A stretch of DNA of 64,000 nt, taken from the IMG/VR virus record IMGVR_UViG_3300027971_000031, positions 43,127 through 107,126 of that record; one strand, given 5' to 3'. Under the pieces are notes generated by a model. That model worked only from the letters and a program-made list of their open reading frames with translations, was not told the origin of the DNA and made no database searches. A program made the translations under genes and the position numbers. Of this stretch, positions 19,225 through 28,571 are shown in pieces; position 1 is the first letter of the stretch, and each line of letters opens with the position of its first letter. The DNA is from a virus.

Positions 19225-19813
19225 ATAGTTCTGTTATTTTTGTTTTTAAATCCTTTAGGGTTGTTATTGTATGTTCAACATTAATATTTTGGTTATATAA
19301 TGTTTTATATTTTATAACGGTTTTACCTTTTGGGTGATTTAATAATAGTGTGGGATTTGCTGTAAGTAAAACATCTATTGAATCCCAAAGTGAATTAATT
19401 GTTGATTCACTATAAAATTTAACAGTTTCAACTAAACAACCAAATTTTGAAATGAAAAATAAAGACGCTGGCTTTGATTTACCCATTTCATCAGAAACAA
19501 TTAAAATATCATGAAAATCTCTCATATCTAAATAAAACTCATTAAAATCCATCATACTAGAATGTTCAACTGAACCCGCATGACCAAAGATTTCCATAGT
19601 ATGTTCTTTATATAAAAAATTATATAATTCGTCTTCATCTTTAAATTTAAGATGTTTTGATATATCTAAAGTTGTTAAATCTGAAATTACTTGATATTCG
19701 GATTTTTCTTCATCTTCTTTAAAAGGATTCTCAAGATACCATTTTTCGTACTCTTGTTGTATTTTTTTTAAAGTATCTCTTAATACTCCATTTAATTCTA
19801 TTGCAATTTTCAT
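19217..19813 (-). CDS. HAD/5'(3')-deoxyribonucleotidase-like protein with degenerate motif I
   Basis: MKIAIELNGVLRD (canonical IAIDMDGVL.D); DVLLTANP and YNQN at the NT5C motif positions. Confidence 0.6.
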   Translation of the reverse strand: MKIAIELNGVLRDTLKKIQQEYEKWYLENPFKEDEEKSEYQVISDLTTLDISKHLKFKDEDELYNFLYKEHTMEIFGHAGSVEHSSMMDFNEFYLDMRDFHDILIVSDEMGKSKPASLFFISKFGCLVETVKFYSESTINSLWDSIDVLLTANPTLLLNHPKGKTVIKYKTLYNQNINVEHTITTLKDLKTKITELYD

Positions 19814-20559
19814 TCTGTCTCGTTATCATATTTGTCTAAAATCTTACTAATCAAAGGATTTCTAACAATGTCTTTTTTATCTTTAAATTCAAAAGTTGAA
19901 ATGTGATTAGAGTCTCTAAACTTTTCAATAGCATCCCATAACCCACTGTGTGTTTTGTTTTTATATCTATCAGATTGTTCAACATCTCCTGAAATAAAAA
20001 ACTTACTATTAAATCCAATCCTTGTTAATAAAAGTTTCATCTGACTTGGTGTTGCATTTTGACCTTCTTCAAATATTAATATTGAATTGTCAATATTCAT
20101 ACCTCTCATAAACGCCAAAGCAAAAACTTCAATAACTTCAAGTTCTTTTAATTTTTCCCTCATTTCTTTTCCAATAATTTTATTTAATAGATAGTATGAT
20201 GGAAAAATATATGGGTCTAATTTTTCTTCTACGTTACCAGGTAAACTACCTAATTTTTCTTCAGCTTCAACCGCAGGTCTTACAATAATAATTTTTTCGT
20301 AAGGTGTACTTGGGTCTGATAATAAATCAACTGCCGCTTTCATTGTAATATAACTTTTACCTACACCCGCAGGTCCTGAACAAATAGTTACCTCACTTGA
20401 GGTTAAAACGTCATAATAATTTTTTTGGGTTTGTGTTAAAAATTTTTCTTTTGTTTTTCTTTTTATAATTGAACATATAATTTCTTTTTTTGTTCTTGTA
20501 CTTTTTTCGTCTGTTAATGGTGTTGGTGTTGGTAATTTTCTACTTGCTTTTGTTGCCAT
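19810..20559 (-). CDS. phoH: PhoH-family ATPase
   Basis: SGPAGVGKS, RPAVEAEEKLGSLPG..EEKLDPY, AFMRG, EEGQN, LLTRIG, GDVEQSD, DIVRNPL. Confidence 0.95.
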   Translation of the reverse strand: MATKASRKLPTPTPLTDEKSTRTKKEIICSIIKRKTKEKFLTQTQKNYYDVLTSSEVTICSGPAGVGKSYITMKAAVDLLSDPSTPYEKIIIVRPAVEAEEKLGSLPGNVEEKLDPYIFPSYYLLNKIIGKEMREKLKELEVIEVFALAFMRGMNIDNSILIFEEGQNATPSQMKLLLTRIGFNSKFFISGDVEQSDRYKNKTHSGLWDAIEKFRDSNHISTFEFKDKKDIVRNPLISKILDKYDNETE

Positions 20560-20603
20560 TATTTAATATTATTGTAATAGTTTATTTAAATTTATTTTTT
20601 ATA

Positions 20604-21764
20604 TTAATATTTTAATAGGATATCACAAACTCTATCAATATCTTCTTTTGTCATTTTATCATGATTTGGAACATATATTCCTCTTTCATCTATAATTGTA
20701 CATTTAGGTAATTTATTTTCTCCGTATAATTTTTTGTAAAATGGTTGAGTTCCCATTGAACCTGAAATTAATGGTCGACATACAATGTTGTTCTCATTCA
20801 ATTCTTTTATTAGTTTTTCTTTATCCTCAATAGTTTTGGTAATAAACGGAATTGCAAAATTTGAAGTATAACTATCGTCAAAAGTTCTTGGAAACCATGT
20901 TTTACTTTCTAACTTAGATTTGTAATATAAGAAATTCTCATAACGATTATTAATCATTCCATCTACTTTATCTAATTGTTTGATTCCAATTTGGGCTTGT
21001 AAATCTGTACTTCTTAAATTAAAACCTGGAACGTAAAATGTGTATAATGCCGAAAAATCATTTACATCCCATTCTTTTCTTAATTCTTGTTGTTTTTCCA
21101 AAGATAAATCTCTATCCCATCCGTGACTTCTAAGTTGCAACAAAGTGTTGTAAATCTCTTCATCGTTAGTCGAAATAACCCCACCCTCAATTGTTGACAT
21201 TGTGTGTCCAAAATAAGTTGAGAATGATGACATCAATCCAAAGTTACCAAGTTTGGTCCCCTTAAATTTAGTTCCCTGTGACTCACAATTATCTTCAAGT
21301 AAGATTACATCATACTTTTTACATAACCGAACAATAGAATCCATATCTGGAGATAATCCTAATACAGAAACCAAAAATAATACGGACGGTTGTTCGGTTT
21401 TAAAGACTTCTTCAAGATGTGTTAAATCTACCGATAAGTTATCCAAATTACAATCAATTAATAATGGTTTCATATCAAACTGAAGTACGGGTGCCAAGTC
21501 TGTTGCCCAACATAATGTGGGAACACAAACTTTATTGTTTTTCATTTTGTTAAGAATTTTTAATGCATACAACATAAGTAAATTTGCTGACGACCCTGAA
21601 TTGACAAATACGGAATATTTTGTCCCTAACCACTGAGACCATTTATTTTCAAACTCAATTGTTTTAGACCCTTTAGTTAATTTTGGATAAGTTTTTAACC
21701 AGTCAATTAAATTATCGATGTCTTGATTATTGATTGTATCTTGAATTAAATCAATTCTTTTCAT
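20604..21764 (-). CDS. DegT/DnrJ-family PLP enzyme, ColD-like GDP-4-keto-6-deoxymannose 3-dehydratase
   Basis: VNSGSSANLL, LLEDNCES, FSTYFGHTMSTIEGG with His at the usual PLP-Lys position, HGWDR, GFNLRSTDLQA; no RfbH Fe-S cysteine motif. Confidence 0.8.
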   Translation of the reverse strand: MKRIDLIQDTINNQDIDNLIDWLKTYPKLTKGSKTIEFENKWSQWLGTKYSVFVNSGSSANLLMLYALKILNKMKNNKVCVPTLCWATDLAPVLQFDMKPLLIDCNLDNLSVDLTHLEEVFKTEQPSVLFLVSVLGLSPDMDSIVRLCKKYDVILLEDNCESQGTKFKGTKLGNFGLMSSFSTYFGHTMSTIEGGVISTNDEEIYNTLLQLRSHGWDRDLSLEKQQELRKEWDVNDFSALYTFYVPGFNLRSTDLQAQIGIKQLDKVDGMINNRYENFLYYKSKLESKTWFPRTFDDSYTSNFAIPFITKTIEDKEKLIKELNENNIVCRPLISGSMGTQPFYKKLYGENKLPKCTIIDERGIYVPNHDKMTKEDIDRVCDILLKY

Positions 21765-22684
21765 TTTCTAAGAGTATTATAATTGTTAATGAACCATTCA
21801 ATCGTTTCAATAATTCCTTGCTCTAAATTAATGTATTGGTAATCTTTAGGAATATCTGATTTTGCGGGTTTTCTAAACTGACCTTTTGGTTTTGTCTCAT
21901 CAAATATTAAGTTATCATCTTGGATATTAAATTTTTTGGCAACAATTTTAACAATATCCATAACTGAGTGTTCGTTATCATTTACTGCCATAAAGGGAAC
22001 TTCACTATTCCAATTATCAATTGCCCATAAAATAACTTTTGCCAAATCTTTTGAATGGATAAATTGTCTTAATGGACTTCCGTCTCCCCAAACTACAAAG
22101 TCTTCATTATTTTGTTTACAGTTATACGCTCTGTGAATAATACCAGGAATCATATGACTGTGCTCAGGATGAAAATTATCGTGTGGACCATAAACATTTG
22201 TTGGTACAATTGTAATCCAATTGTTACCTGTTAATTGTCTAATAATTTTTGTTTGATAACCTGACAATCTTTTTGCGTAAGAATAACCATGATTAGATGG
22301 GTGTGGCGGTGCAATGTCAATTTGGTCGGCAGTTAATGGGTATGTGATATTAGAGTCGGGGAAAATACAAGTAGATGATAAATTAACAAAATTCTTAACT
22401 TTGTTATTAAATGCCGAGTTAATTACATTATTATTTATCTTATAGTTTTCAACAAAGAAAGTTTCATTATTGTCTGAGTTTGCTTGAACTCCACCAACCA
22501 TTGCAGCACAATGTATAATTGTGTCCACACCTGAGTTTTTTACATGATGTGTGATATAATCATTAGTTGATTTTTCGTCAGTTAAATCCACATCTTTTCT
22601 TGTGTGGTATATGTGACCTTCACCTAATAATTCTTTTAATGCCGTGCCAAGTAATCCGTTTGAACCTGTAACTAATACTTTCAT
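21761..22684 (-). CDS. fcl: GDP-L-fucose synthase / ColC-like epimerase-reductase
   Basis: VTGSNGLLG, HCAAMVGGVQAN, SSTCIFP, GYSYAKR, PTNVYGPHDNF, SHMIPG, VWGDGSPLRQF. Confidence 0.85.
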   Translation of the reverse strand: MKVLVTGSNGLLGTALKELLGEGHIYHTRKDVDLTDEKSTNDYITHHVKNSGVDTIIHCAAMVGGVQANSDNNETFFVENYKINNNVINSAFNNKVKNFVNLSSTCIFPDSNITYPLTADQIDIAPPHPSNHGYSYAKRLSGYQTKIIRQLTGNNWITIVPTNVYGPHDNFHPEHSHMIPGIIHRAYNCKQNNEDFVVWGDGSPLRQFIHSKDLAKVILWAIDNWNSEVPFMAVNDNEHSVMDIVKIVAKKFNIQDDNLIFDETKPKGQFRKPAKSDIPKDYQYINLEQGIIETIEWFINNYNTLRK

Positions 22685-23463
22685 AATTTAATCCATTTAT
22701 CACAATATAAGTCATTAGTGTTTAAATGTGAATTGGAAACGCCAAACCATTTTGACGGAATTATTACTTGTTTATTTTCATTGTTATTTAACCAAGCCCC
22801 CCACCAACTAAATGTTGAATTTGCAATTATGTTATTTTTACACATAGACATTAAATACAAATCTTCATAATCTTTATTATCGGATATAAATGTTTTGTTA
22901 ATTAAAAACCCAAAGTTTTCTTTACACCATTCAATATCATCGGAAAATACTAAGAAATGTTTTTCTTCACCAATAATTTGAATAGCCTCCTTATAATATT
23001 CAATTGATTGGGTTGGGTGGTAATTTGGAAGACCCAAATAATCACCTCTTCTAATATGAATTGAACACGTATCTTGATTTATAATATCTCCATATTTTTC
23101 AGACAAATATGTTTTTGTTGTATTGTCAATTTCAAAAAGTTCTAATATTTTATCCCTATGTTCTATAAAGTATTTTTCACTTTGAAAGTGTCCAACTAAT
23201 TTAATATTTCCATTAATTTTTGGTATTGGAGTGTAGTGAAATCCACCTTCACCCATATTTTTTAAATTGGTTAAACTATTTGAAAATTTAATATTTCTAA
23301 ATATATTATTAGTATAATATGTATATGGTTTATGAGGGATTTGCATCTCTGTAATATCACAAATTATTTCTTTATTATCTCTAAGAGCAATACTATGTGA
23401 TGTTGCGATTTGGTACATCATGTTCCCTAATCCCCCCATTAATCTTGTTGAAACAATATCCAT
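22681..23463 (-). CDS. GT11 alpha-1,2-fucosyl(colitosyl)transferase
   Basis: GGLGNMMYQ, GHFQSEKYF, SIHIRRGDY, VFSDDIEWCK, DLYLMSMCKNNIIANSTFSWWGAWL. Confidence 0.92.
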   Translation of the reverse strand: MDIVSTRLMGGLGNMMYQIATSHSIALRDNKEIICDITEMQIPHKPYTYYTNNIFRNIKFSNSLTNLKNMGEGGFHYTPIPKINGNIKLVGHFQSEKYFIEHRDKILELFEIDNTTKTYLSEKYGDIINQDTCSIHIRRGDYLGLPNYHPTQSIEYYKEAIQIIGEEKHFLVFSDDIEWCKENFGFLINKTFISDNKDYEDLYLMSMCKNNIIANSTFSWWGAWLNNNENKQVIIPSKWFGVSNSHLNTNDLYCDKWIKL

Positions 23464-23550
23464 TATTTAATATTTTTTTTTAAGACAGATTTTTATTTTA
23501 GTTGAAATATAAGAAATCTTACTTATAATTCAATTATAAATTTGAATAAT

Positions 23551-24195
23551 ATGGCACAAGGGGTACATAAAATAACTGAGGATTTTGAAAGGAGTTTGTG
23601 TGATTATACAGGAGCACCTTACGCAATTGCATTAGACAACATGAGTAACGCAATATTTTTGGCGTTATATTATGAAAAGAACATAAAACAAAGTTTAACA
23701 TCAGATAAGGTAGATTGTCCGTCAAAGACATATCCATCAGTTCCGTGTGAAATTATTCATGCGGGGTTAAAAGTTAATTTTACGCCTGTTGAGGGAGAAA
23801 CAATTAAAGGAGCCTACCAACTATCTCCAAGTAATGTTTGGGATTCAGCTTTAAGATTTACTGCCGACATGTATATACCAAAGTCTCATATGTGTCTTTC
23901 ATTTACAGGTCCATATAAAACTTTAAAATTAAGTAAAGGTGGGGCAATTTTAACTGATGACCATAAAGCAATGTTATGGTTTAAACGTGCCAGATTTAGC
24001 GGTAGAAGAGAGTGTTCGTATCACGATGATAATTTTGATATGTTGGGTTGGAATTTTTACATGATGCCAGAACTTTCGGCCAGAGGATTGTTGATGATGT
24101 CACAGTTTTACGATTTGAAAGGGAATAAAAAACACATCGATGATTTGGAATTACCTTATCCTGATTTGTCCAAATTTGAAATTTATAAAAAATGA
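23551..24195 (+). CDS. Short DegT/DnrJ-family aminotransferase
   Basis: FERSLCDYTGAPYAIALDN, TYPSVPCEIIHAG, WDSA, SFTGPYKTL..GGAILTDD, GWNFYM; only ~214 aa. Confidence 0.7.
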   Translation: MAQGVHKITEDFERSLCDYTGAPYAIALDNMSNAIFLALYYEKNIKQSLTSDKVDCPSKTYPSVPCEIIHAGLKVNFTPVEGETIKGAYQLSPSNVWDSALRFTADMYIPKSHMCLSFTGPYKTLKLSKGGAILTDDHKAMLWFKRARFSGRRECSYHDDNFDMLGWNFYMMPELSARGLLMMSQFYDLKGNKKHIDDLELPYPDLSKFEIYKK

Positions 24196-24791
24196 AAAAA
24201 GGAATTATAGGTGCTGGAGGTTTTGGTAGAGAAGTTTATTGGAGCTTATCTTTAATAGAACGAGTTAATACCAAATTTTTTGTTGATGACAAATACTGGG
24301 ATGACACAAATGATTTAATTTTACCAATTTCTAAATTTAACCCAAGTGAATATAAAATAGTTGTTGCAATTGGAGACCCAAGGGATAGGTTTGATATGGT
24401 AGAAAGATTACCAAAAGAAACCAAATATTTTACACATATACATCCTAGTGTACAAATACTTGGAGATGACGTTGAGATTAATGAGGGAAGTATTATATGC
24501 GCCGGAACTATAATTACAACAAATGTTAAAATAGGGAAACATGCTCATTTAAATCTTCAAACCACTATTGGTCATGATTGTGAAATTGGTGATTATTTTA
24601 CCACAGCCCCTGGTGCTAAAATATCAGGTAATTGTAAGATATATGATTGTGTTTATGTAGGTACAAATGCGTCAATTAAAGAAAAAATATCAATACATAG
24701 TTTAACTACTATAGGTTCAAATGCTACGGTAGTTAAAAATATTGAAGAACCAGGAATTTATGTTGGAGTTCCTTCCAAAAAAATAAAATAA
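24192..24791 (+). CDS. NeuD/PglD-like sugar N/O-acetyltransferase
   Basis: GAGGFGREV, VAIGDP..R, IHPS, hexapeptide repeats, IGHD, GVPSK. Confidence 0.9.
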   Translation: MKKGIIGAGGFGREVYWSLSLIERVNTKFFVDDKYWDDTNDLILPISKFNPSEYKIVVAIGDPRDRFDMVERLPKETKYFTHIHPSVQILGDDVEINEGSIICAGTIITTNVKIGKHAHLNLQTTIGHDCEIGDYFTTAPGAKISGNCKIYDCVYVGTNASIKEKISIHSLTTIGSNATVVKNIEEPGIYVGVPSKKIK

Positions 24792-24796
24792 ACGTT

Positions 24797-25600
24797 TTAA
24801 TGATTTTTAACAAAATCAATTATTTTGTCTCTTAACGACTCTCTAAATTTGGCGTATTTAAAACTTCTTTCATAATTTTCTTGAATATAGGGTAACATTT
24901 GATGATAAGTCTCAGTTGTAATTGAATTACAAACATTAGTAATATCATCTAAGTTTTTAACTATAAACATCCCTCTAGTGTCAAAGAAATCTCCAATATT
25001 TGGACACCCCAAATAAATTGGAATTGTTTTAGTTTGAAAACAATCAATTAATTTTTCAGTAAACCAATTATATGAAGACATATTTTCAATCGCAATGTGA
25101 AACTGAGAGTAAAACAATTCATTTTTTATTTCACTATCTTGAATATATCTATCAATTAATGGTGTTCCTGTATAAGGTTCATTTTTACTGTTAAATAAAT
25201 GTATTGGTATTGTACTCACCATTTCATTTATTTTAGGTAATCCTTGTCTCATAATTTGATATTGTGTTATTGTTTTACCTCCAACAATTGATGTTATGCA
25301 ATATTCTTTTTCTTTTGTTAAATCAAAATCTAAAATCCAAGAAGTTCCAAACGGAAACAATTTAGCATTTGGACAAGTATCTAATACTTCTTTATGCCAA
25401 GTTAAAATTAAGTCAAATTCTTTGTACCTATTAATTACATGATTTCTTAACCTTGAAACTTCATTTGGCTCAACACACCAAAGAATTCTTATACCTTCTT
25501 TAGGTTTTAACGGGAATCTATCAACATATAATTCACACGGTTTATCTGTTTGAATATCAATTTTAATGTCCCAAATTGAAAATTTTTTTACTGAATACAT
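24797..25600 (-). CDS. GT10 alpha-1,3/4-fucosyltransferase-like protein
   Basis: FHIAIENMSSYNWFTEKLIDCFQTKTIPIYLGCPNI matches the GT10 motif. Confidence 0.8.
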   Translation of the reverse strand: MYSVKKFSIWDIKIDIQTDKPCELYVDRFPLKPKEGIRILWCVEPNEVSRLRNHVINRYKEFDLILTWHKEVLDTCPNAKLFPFGTSWILDFDLTKEKEYCITSIVGGKTITQYQIMRQGLPKINEMVSTIPIHLFNSKNEPYTGTPLIDRYIQDSEIKNELFYSQFHIAIENMSSYNWFTEKLIDCFQTKTIPIYLGCPNIGDFFDTRGMFIVKNLDDITNVCNSITTETYHQMLPYIQENYERSFKYAKFRESLRDKIIDFVKNH

Positions 25601-25635
25601 ATTTTATATTTATACGGGACTATTTGACGTACCAA

Positions 25636-26253
25636 TTAATAGATTTTTTTAATGTAACCATTTGGATTAAATGTTGCATTTTTACCAAAAAAATCACACC
25701 ATTTTCTATCAATTTGGAAATTAGGGTTATTTGGTAAAAATTCTTTAATTGCTCTTAGTGGTCCTCCATCATAATCTTTTTCAAGACCAATATTATTTAA
25801 TATTCCATCTTCAATAATAAAATAAGAGTTAACTGAAACTAAATCTTTAAACTTATCCATAGTTATTTTAACGTGACTATATAGGTGAGACCCATCATCA
25901 ATTACTAGTATATTATTAAACCCCTCGGCATTTTTTAAATCGTAACTTTCAAAACCGCCTAAAAATCTTTTAATTCTTGGGTGGTTAACTATTAACGGGT
26001 CCATAGGATATTCCATTATATCCATAGTATGAATCATACCATTACCCAACAAATCTAACATATCTGCCATGTATAGAGATGAGGCACCATGGTTAGTGCC
26101 AATTTCAATAATTAAATCAGGTTTAACTTCATTTATTATCATTTGGTATAGTAAATAATCAAAAGGGTCTTTAATTAATTTAATACCTCGATAAGATACT
26201 TTATGATGACCTTCAACTATAGATTCAATTGAGAAAGAAATTTCATTGTCCAT
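25636..26253 (-). CDS. CmcI/rhamnosyl O-methyltransferase-family methyltransferase
   Basis: YRG..LIKDPFD..LYQ.II.EVKPDLIIEIGT..GAS, VIDDGSH, YFIIED, TFNPNGY. Confidence 0.85.
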   Translation of the reverse strand: MDNEISFSIESIVEGHHKVSYRGIKLIKDPFDYLLYQMIINEVKPDLIIEIGTNHGASSLYMADMLDLLGNGMIHTMDIMEYPMDPLIVNHPRIKRFLGGFESYDLKNAEGFNNILVIDDGSHLYSHVKITMDKFKDLVSVNSYFIIEDGILNNIGLEKDYDGGPLRAIKEFLPNNPNFQIDRKWCDFFGKNATFNPNGYIKKIY

Positions 26254-26280
26254 TTTAAATGTTATTATTTTTTATTATGT

Positions 26281-26985
26281 TTAGTTGTTTTTAAAATAAC
26301 CATCACCTTCTACCGTGCAAGTAATTTTATTTATTAATACTGATTTTAAATTATTTTCTTCAATCAATTCTCTAATTTCAAAATATAAGCATCCATCTGA
26401 TGAATTATCTCCACATTTTTCATCACCTAAAGTCCTATATCTTAAGGGTAGTTGATTTAAATTAAAACATATTGAGGAATGAACTAAAGTTTCTGGATAT
26501 GGTTTAAAATTAATATATTTTTCATGACTTGAAATATTAGGTAATATTGTATCACGATATTTACTTTTGGTACAAATAAATGCCGGATTGTTTAATTCAA
26601 TACATTCATTTATTAATTCTAAATGATTGTTTTCCCAAAAATCATCATGGTCAAGTTTAACAATATAATTAAACCCTTCATTACTTGAAATATTTATGGA
26701 ATGGTTTATTGCATTAACCCCACCAAATTTCCAAATATCTACTTTATTATCAAAAATATCCCTTTCTTTTGCCACCTCTAAATTTTGATAAAATAATTTT
26801 TCAGGGTAAGGAAATGATTTACATATAGTTTCAAACTCCTCATTGTTTTCGTACCTATCACCAGTTAAAAAAATTTTATAATCTTGATAGGTTTGATTTG
26901 CAATACTATTTAAAGCTCTTGTTAAGAAACTACTAGACCTACCATCTTTACGGTAGTAAGTTGATATAATTATTGCTAATTTCAT
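26281..26985 (-). CDS. Glycosyltransferase family 2
   Basis: IIISTY, RALNSIANQTY, YIVKLDHDDFW. Confidence 0.8.
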   Translation of the reverse strand: MKLAIIISTYYRKDGRSSSFLTRALNSIANQTYQDYKIFLTGDRYENNEEFETICKSFPYPEKLFYQNLEVAKERDIFDNKVDIWKFGGVNAINHSINISSNEGFNYIVKLDHDDFWENNHLELINECIELNNPAFICTKSKYRDTILPNISSHEKYINFKPYPETLVHSSICFNLNQLPLRYRTLGDEKCGDNSSDGCLYFEIRELIEENNLKSVLINKITCTVEGDGYFKNN

Positions 26986-26989
26986 TTAA

Positions 26990-27412
26990 TTATATTTTTT
27001 TTAAATCAAATCTCATAGTTATTGACTCTTGATTAAATCCATTTTTTTTATAAAAATTAATCCTTTCAGGAAAACAAGATAAAATTATTTTATAACACCC
27101 AAAATTTTCAGCCTTTTTAATTAATTCTTGTATTAATTGAGAACCAATGTTATTTCCTCTATAATCCTCTCTAACTACAACATCTTCAATACATCCAGCA
27201 ATACCACCATTACGAATAATTTTTTGTTGTAAATGTAAAGTTGCAGAACCAACAATTTCACCATTAAACTCGGCAACTACCATGTGATTATCATTATTAA
27301 ACCATTTATCTAATGTTGATTCGTTTATTTCATCAACTGACCACACTTCTTTAAGTGTTTTTAATAACCCGTTTGTTGAGTCATTTCTTTCAAAATCACG
27401 AATAACTAACAT
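26990..27412 (-). CDS. GNAT acetyltransferase, glucosamine-6-phosphate N-acetyltransferase (GNA1)-like
   Basis: IVGSATL..QQKII..GG..G.IEDVVV..DYRG..IG..LI..L...A...GCYKIILSC....FYKKNGF. Confidence 0.8.
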   Translation of the reverse strand: MLVIRDFERNDSTNGLLKTLKEVWSVDEINESTLDKWFNNDNHMVVAEFNGEIVGSATLHLQQKIIRNGGIAGCIEDVVVREDYRGNNIGSQLIQELIKKAENFGCYKIILSCFPERINFYKKNGFNQESITMRFDLKKI

Positions 27413-27413
27413 A

Positions 27414-28571
27414 TCAATTTAAATTTTTATTTATTTCTATAACTTTTTCTATGATGTATTTCACATCATCGTCATTTAAGTTCATATGTAATGGTAGTGT
27501 TATTAATTTTTCAGAGATAGTTAAAGAGTTTGGACAAGTACCAAATCCGTGTTTATACATTTTATAATTGGTATTGTCTCTATAGTGAACTCCAGGATAA
27601 ATTCCGTTTGAGTTTAATAGTTCCATAAATTTATTTCTTTGATTAACAACAATTTGAAATAAATGTCTTGATGACAATACACAATCTTTATGAGTTTTTA
27701 TAGTTTGAATTCCATGTTTGGTTAATTCTTTTTCATAATTTTCACAGATTTCTCTTCTTCTGTTATTATCTTCGTCAAGATATTTTAAACCAACTAATGC
27801 CATTGATGCCATAATTGAGTTTCCGTGGTATTTGTAACCAACGTCAACTAAATCATATTCCCACTTATAATTTCCTTTGTCATTACTTCTTTGGTATGTG
27901 TCTTTATCAATACCTAACCAAGATAGTTTTCTAACTAAAGTATCGTAGTCCTCATTTGTAAAACAAATCATACCCGAATCTGCCGTTGGTAAGTTTTTAA
28001 CGGCTTGGAAACTAAATACGGTTACGTCAGCTCCATGACCAACATGTTCAACGTCACCTGTTGATGGATTTTTTGCAAATGTACCTGACATGTGTGCTGC
28101 ATCTAAAATTAACTTTAACTTATGTTTCTTACATAAGTCAATAATTTTATAAAGTTCACCAGTATTACCTCCAATACCAATAAACAAAACTGCCTTTGTT
28201 TTTTTAGTTATTTTTGATTCTACTGATTCAGGGTCTAAACACAAGTGTTCATCAACATCTGCAAATACAGGTTTTAAATTTTCATACATTATTGCATGAT
28301 TTGACGATACAAATGTTAATGGACTTGTAATGATTTCATCGTCATCCGACCATTTATTAGTATCTTTTAATATTTTGATTGCCAAATGGAGACCTGAAGT
28401 ATTTGAGTTTATAAAATGGGCGTAAGGTAATCCTGTGTAAGATTTCCATTCATTTTCAATTTCAACGGTTTTAAATCCTAAACCAGTCCACCCTTTGTCT
28501 AAACAAGTTGACATGTGTTCAAAAATTTCTTCGTTTCTAAATTTTGGGATAAATAATTGTATGTTTTTCAT
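27414..28571 (-). CDS. DegT/DnrJ/EryC1 sugar aminotransferase
   Basis: NSNTSGLHLA, TFVSSNHAI, LDAAH, FSFQAVKNL (PLP Lys present), GYKYH. Confidence 0.9.
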   Translation of the reverse strand: MKNIQLFIPKFRNEEIFEHMSTCLDKGWTGLGFKTVEIENEWKSYTGLPYAHFINSNTSGLHLAIKILKDTNKWSDDDEIITSPLTFVSSNHAIMYENLKPVFADVDEHLCLDPESVESKITKKTKAVLFIGIGGNTGELYKIIDLCKKHKLKLILDAAHMSGTFAKNPSTGDVEHVGHGADVTVFSFQAVKNLPTADSGMICFTNEDYDTLVRKLSWLGIDKDTYQRSNDKGNYKWEYDLVDVGYKYHGNSIMASMALVGLKYLDEDNNRRREICENYEKELTKHGIQTIKTHKDCVLSSRHLFQIVVNQRNKFMELLNSNGIYPGVHYRDNTNYKMYKHGFGTCPNSLTISEKLITLPLHMNLNDDDVKYIIEKVIEINKNLN

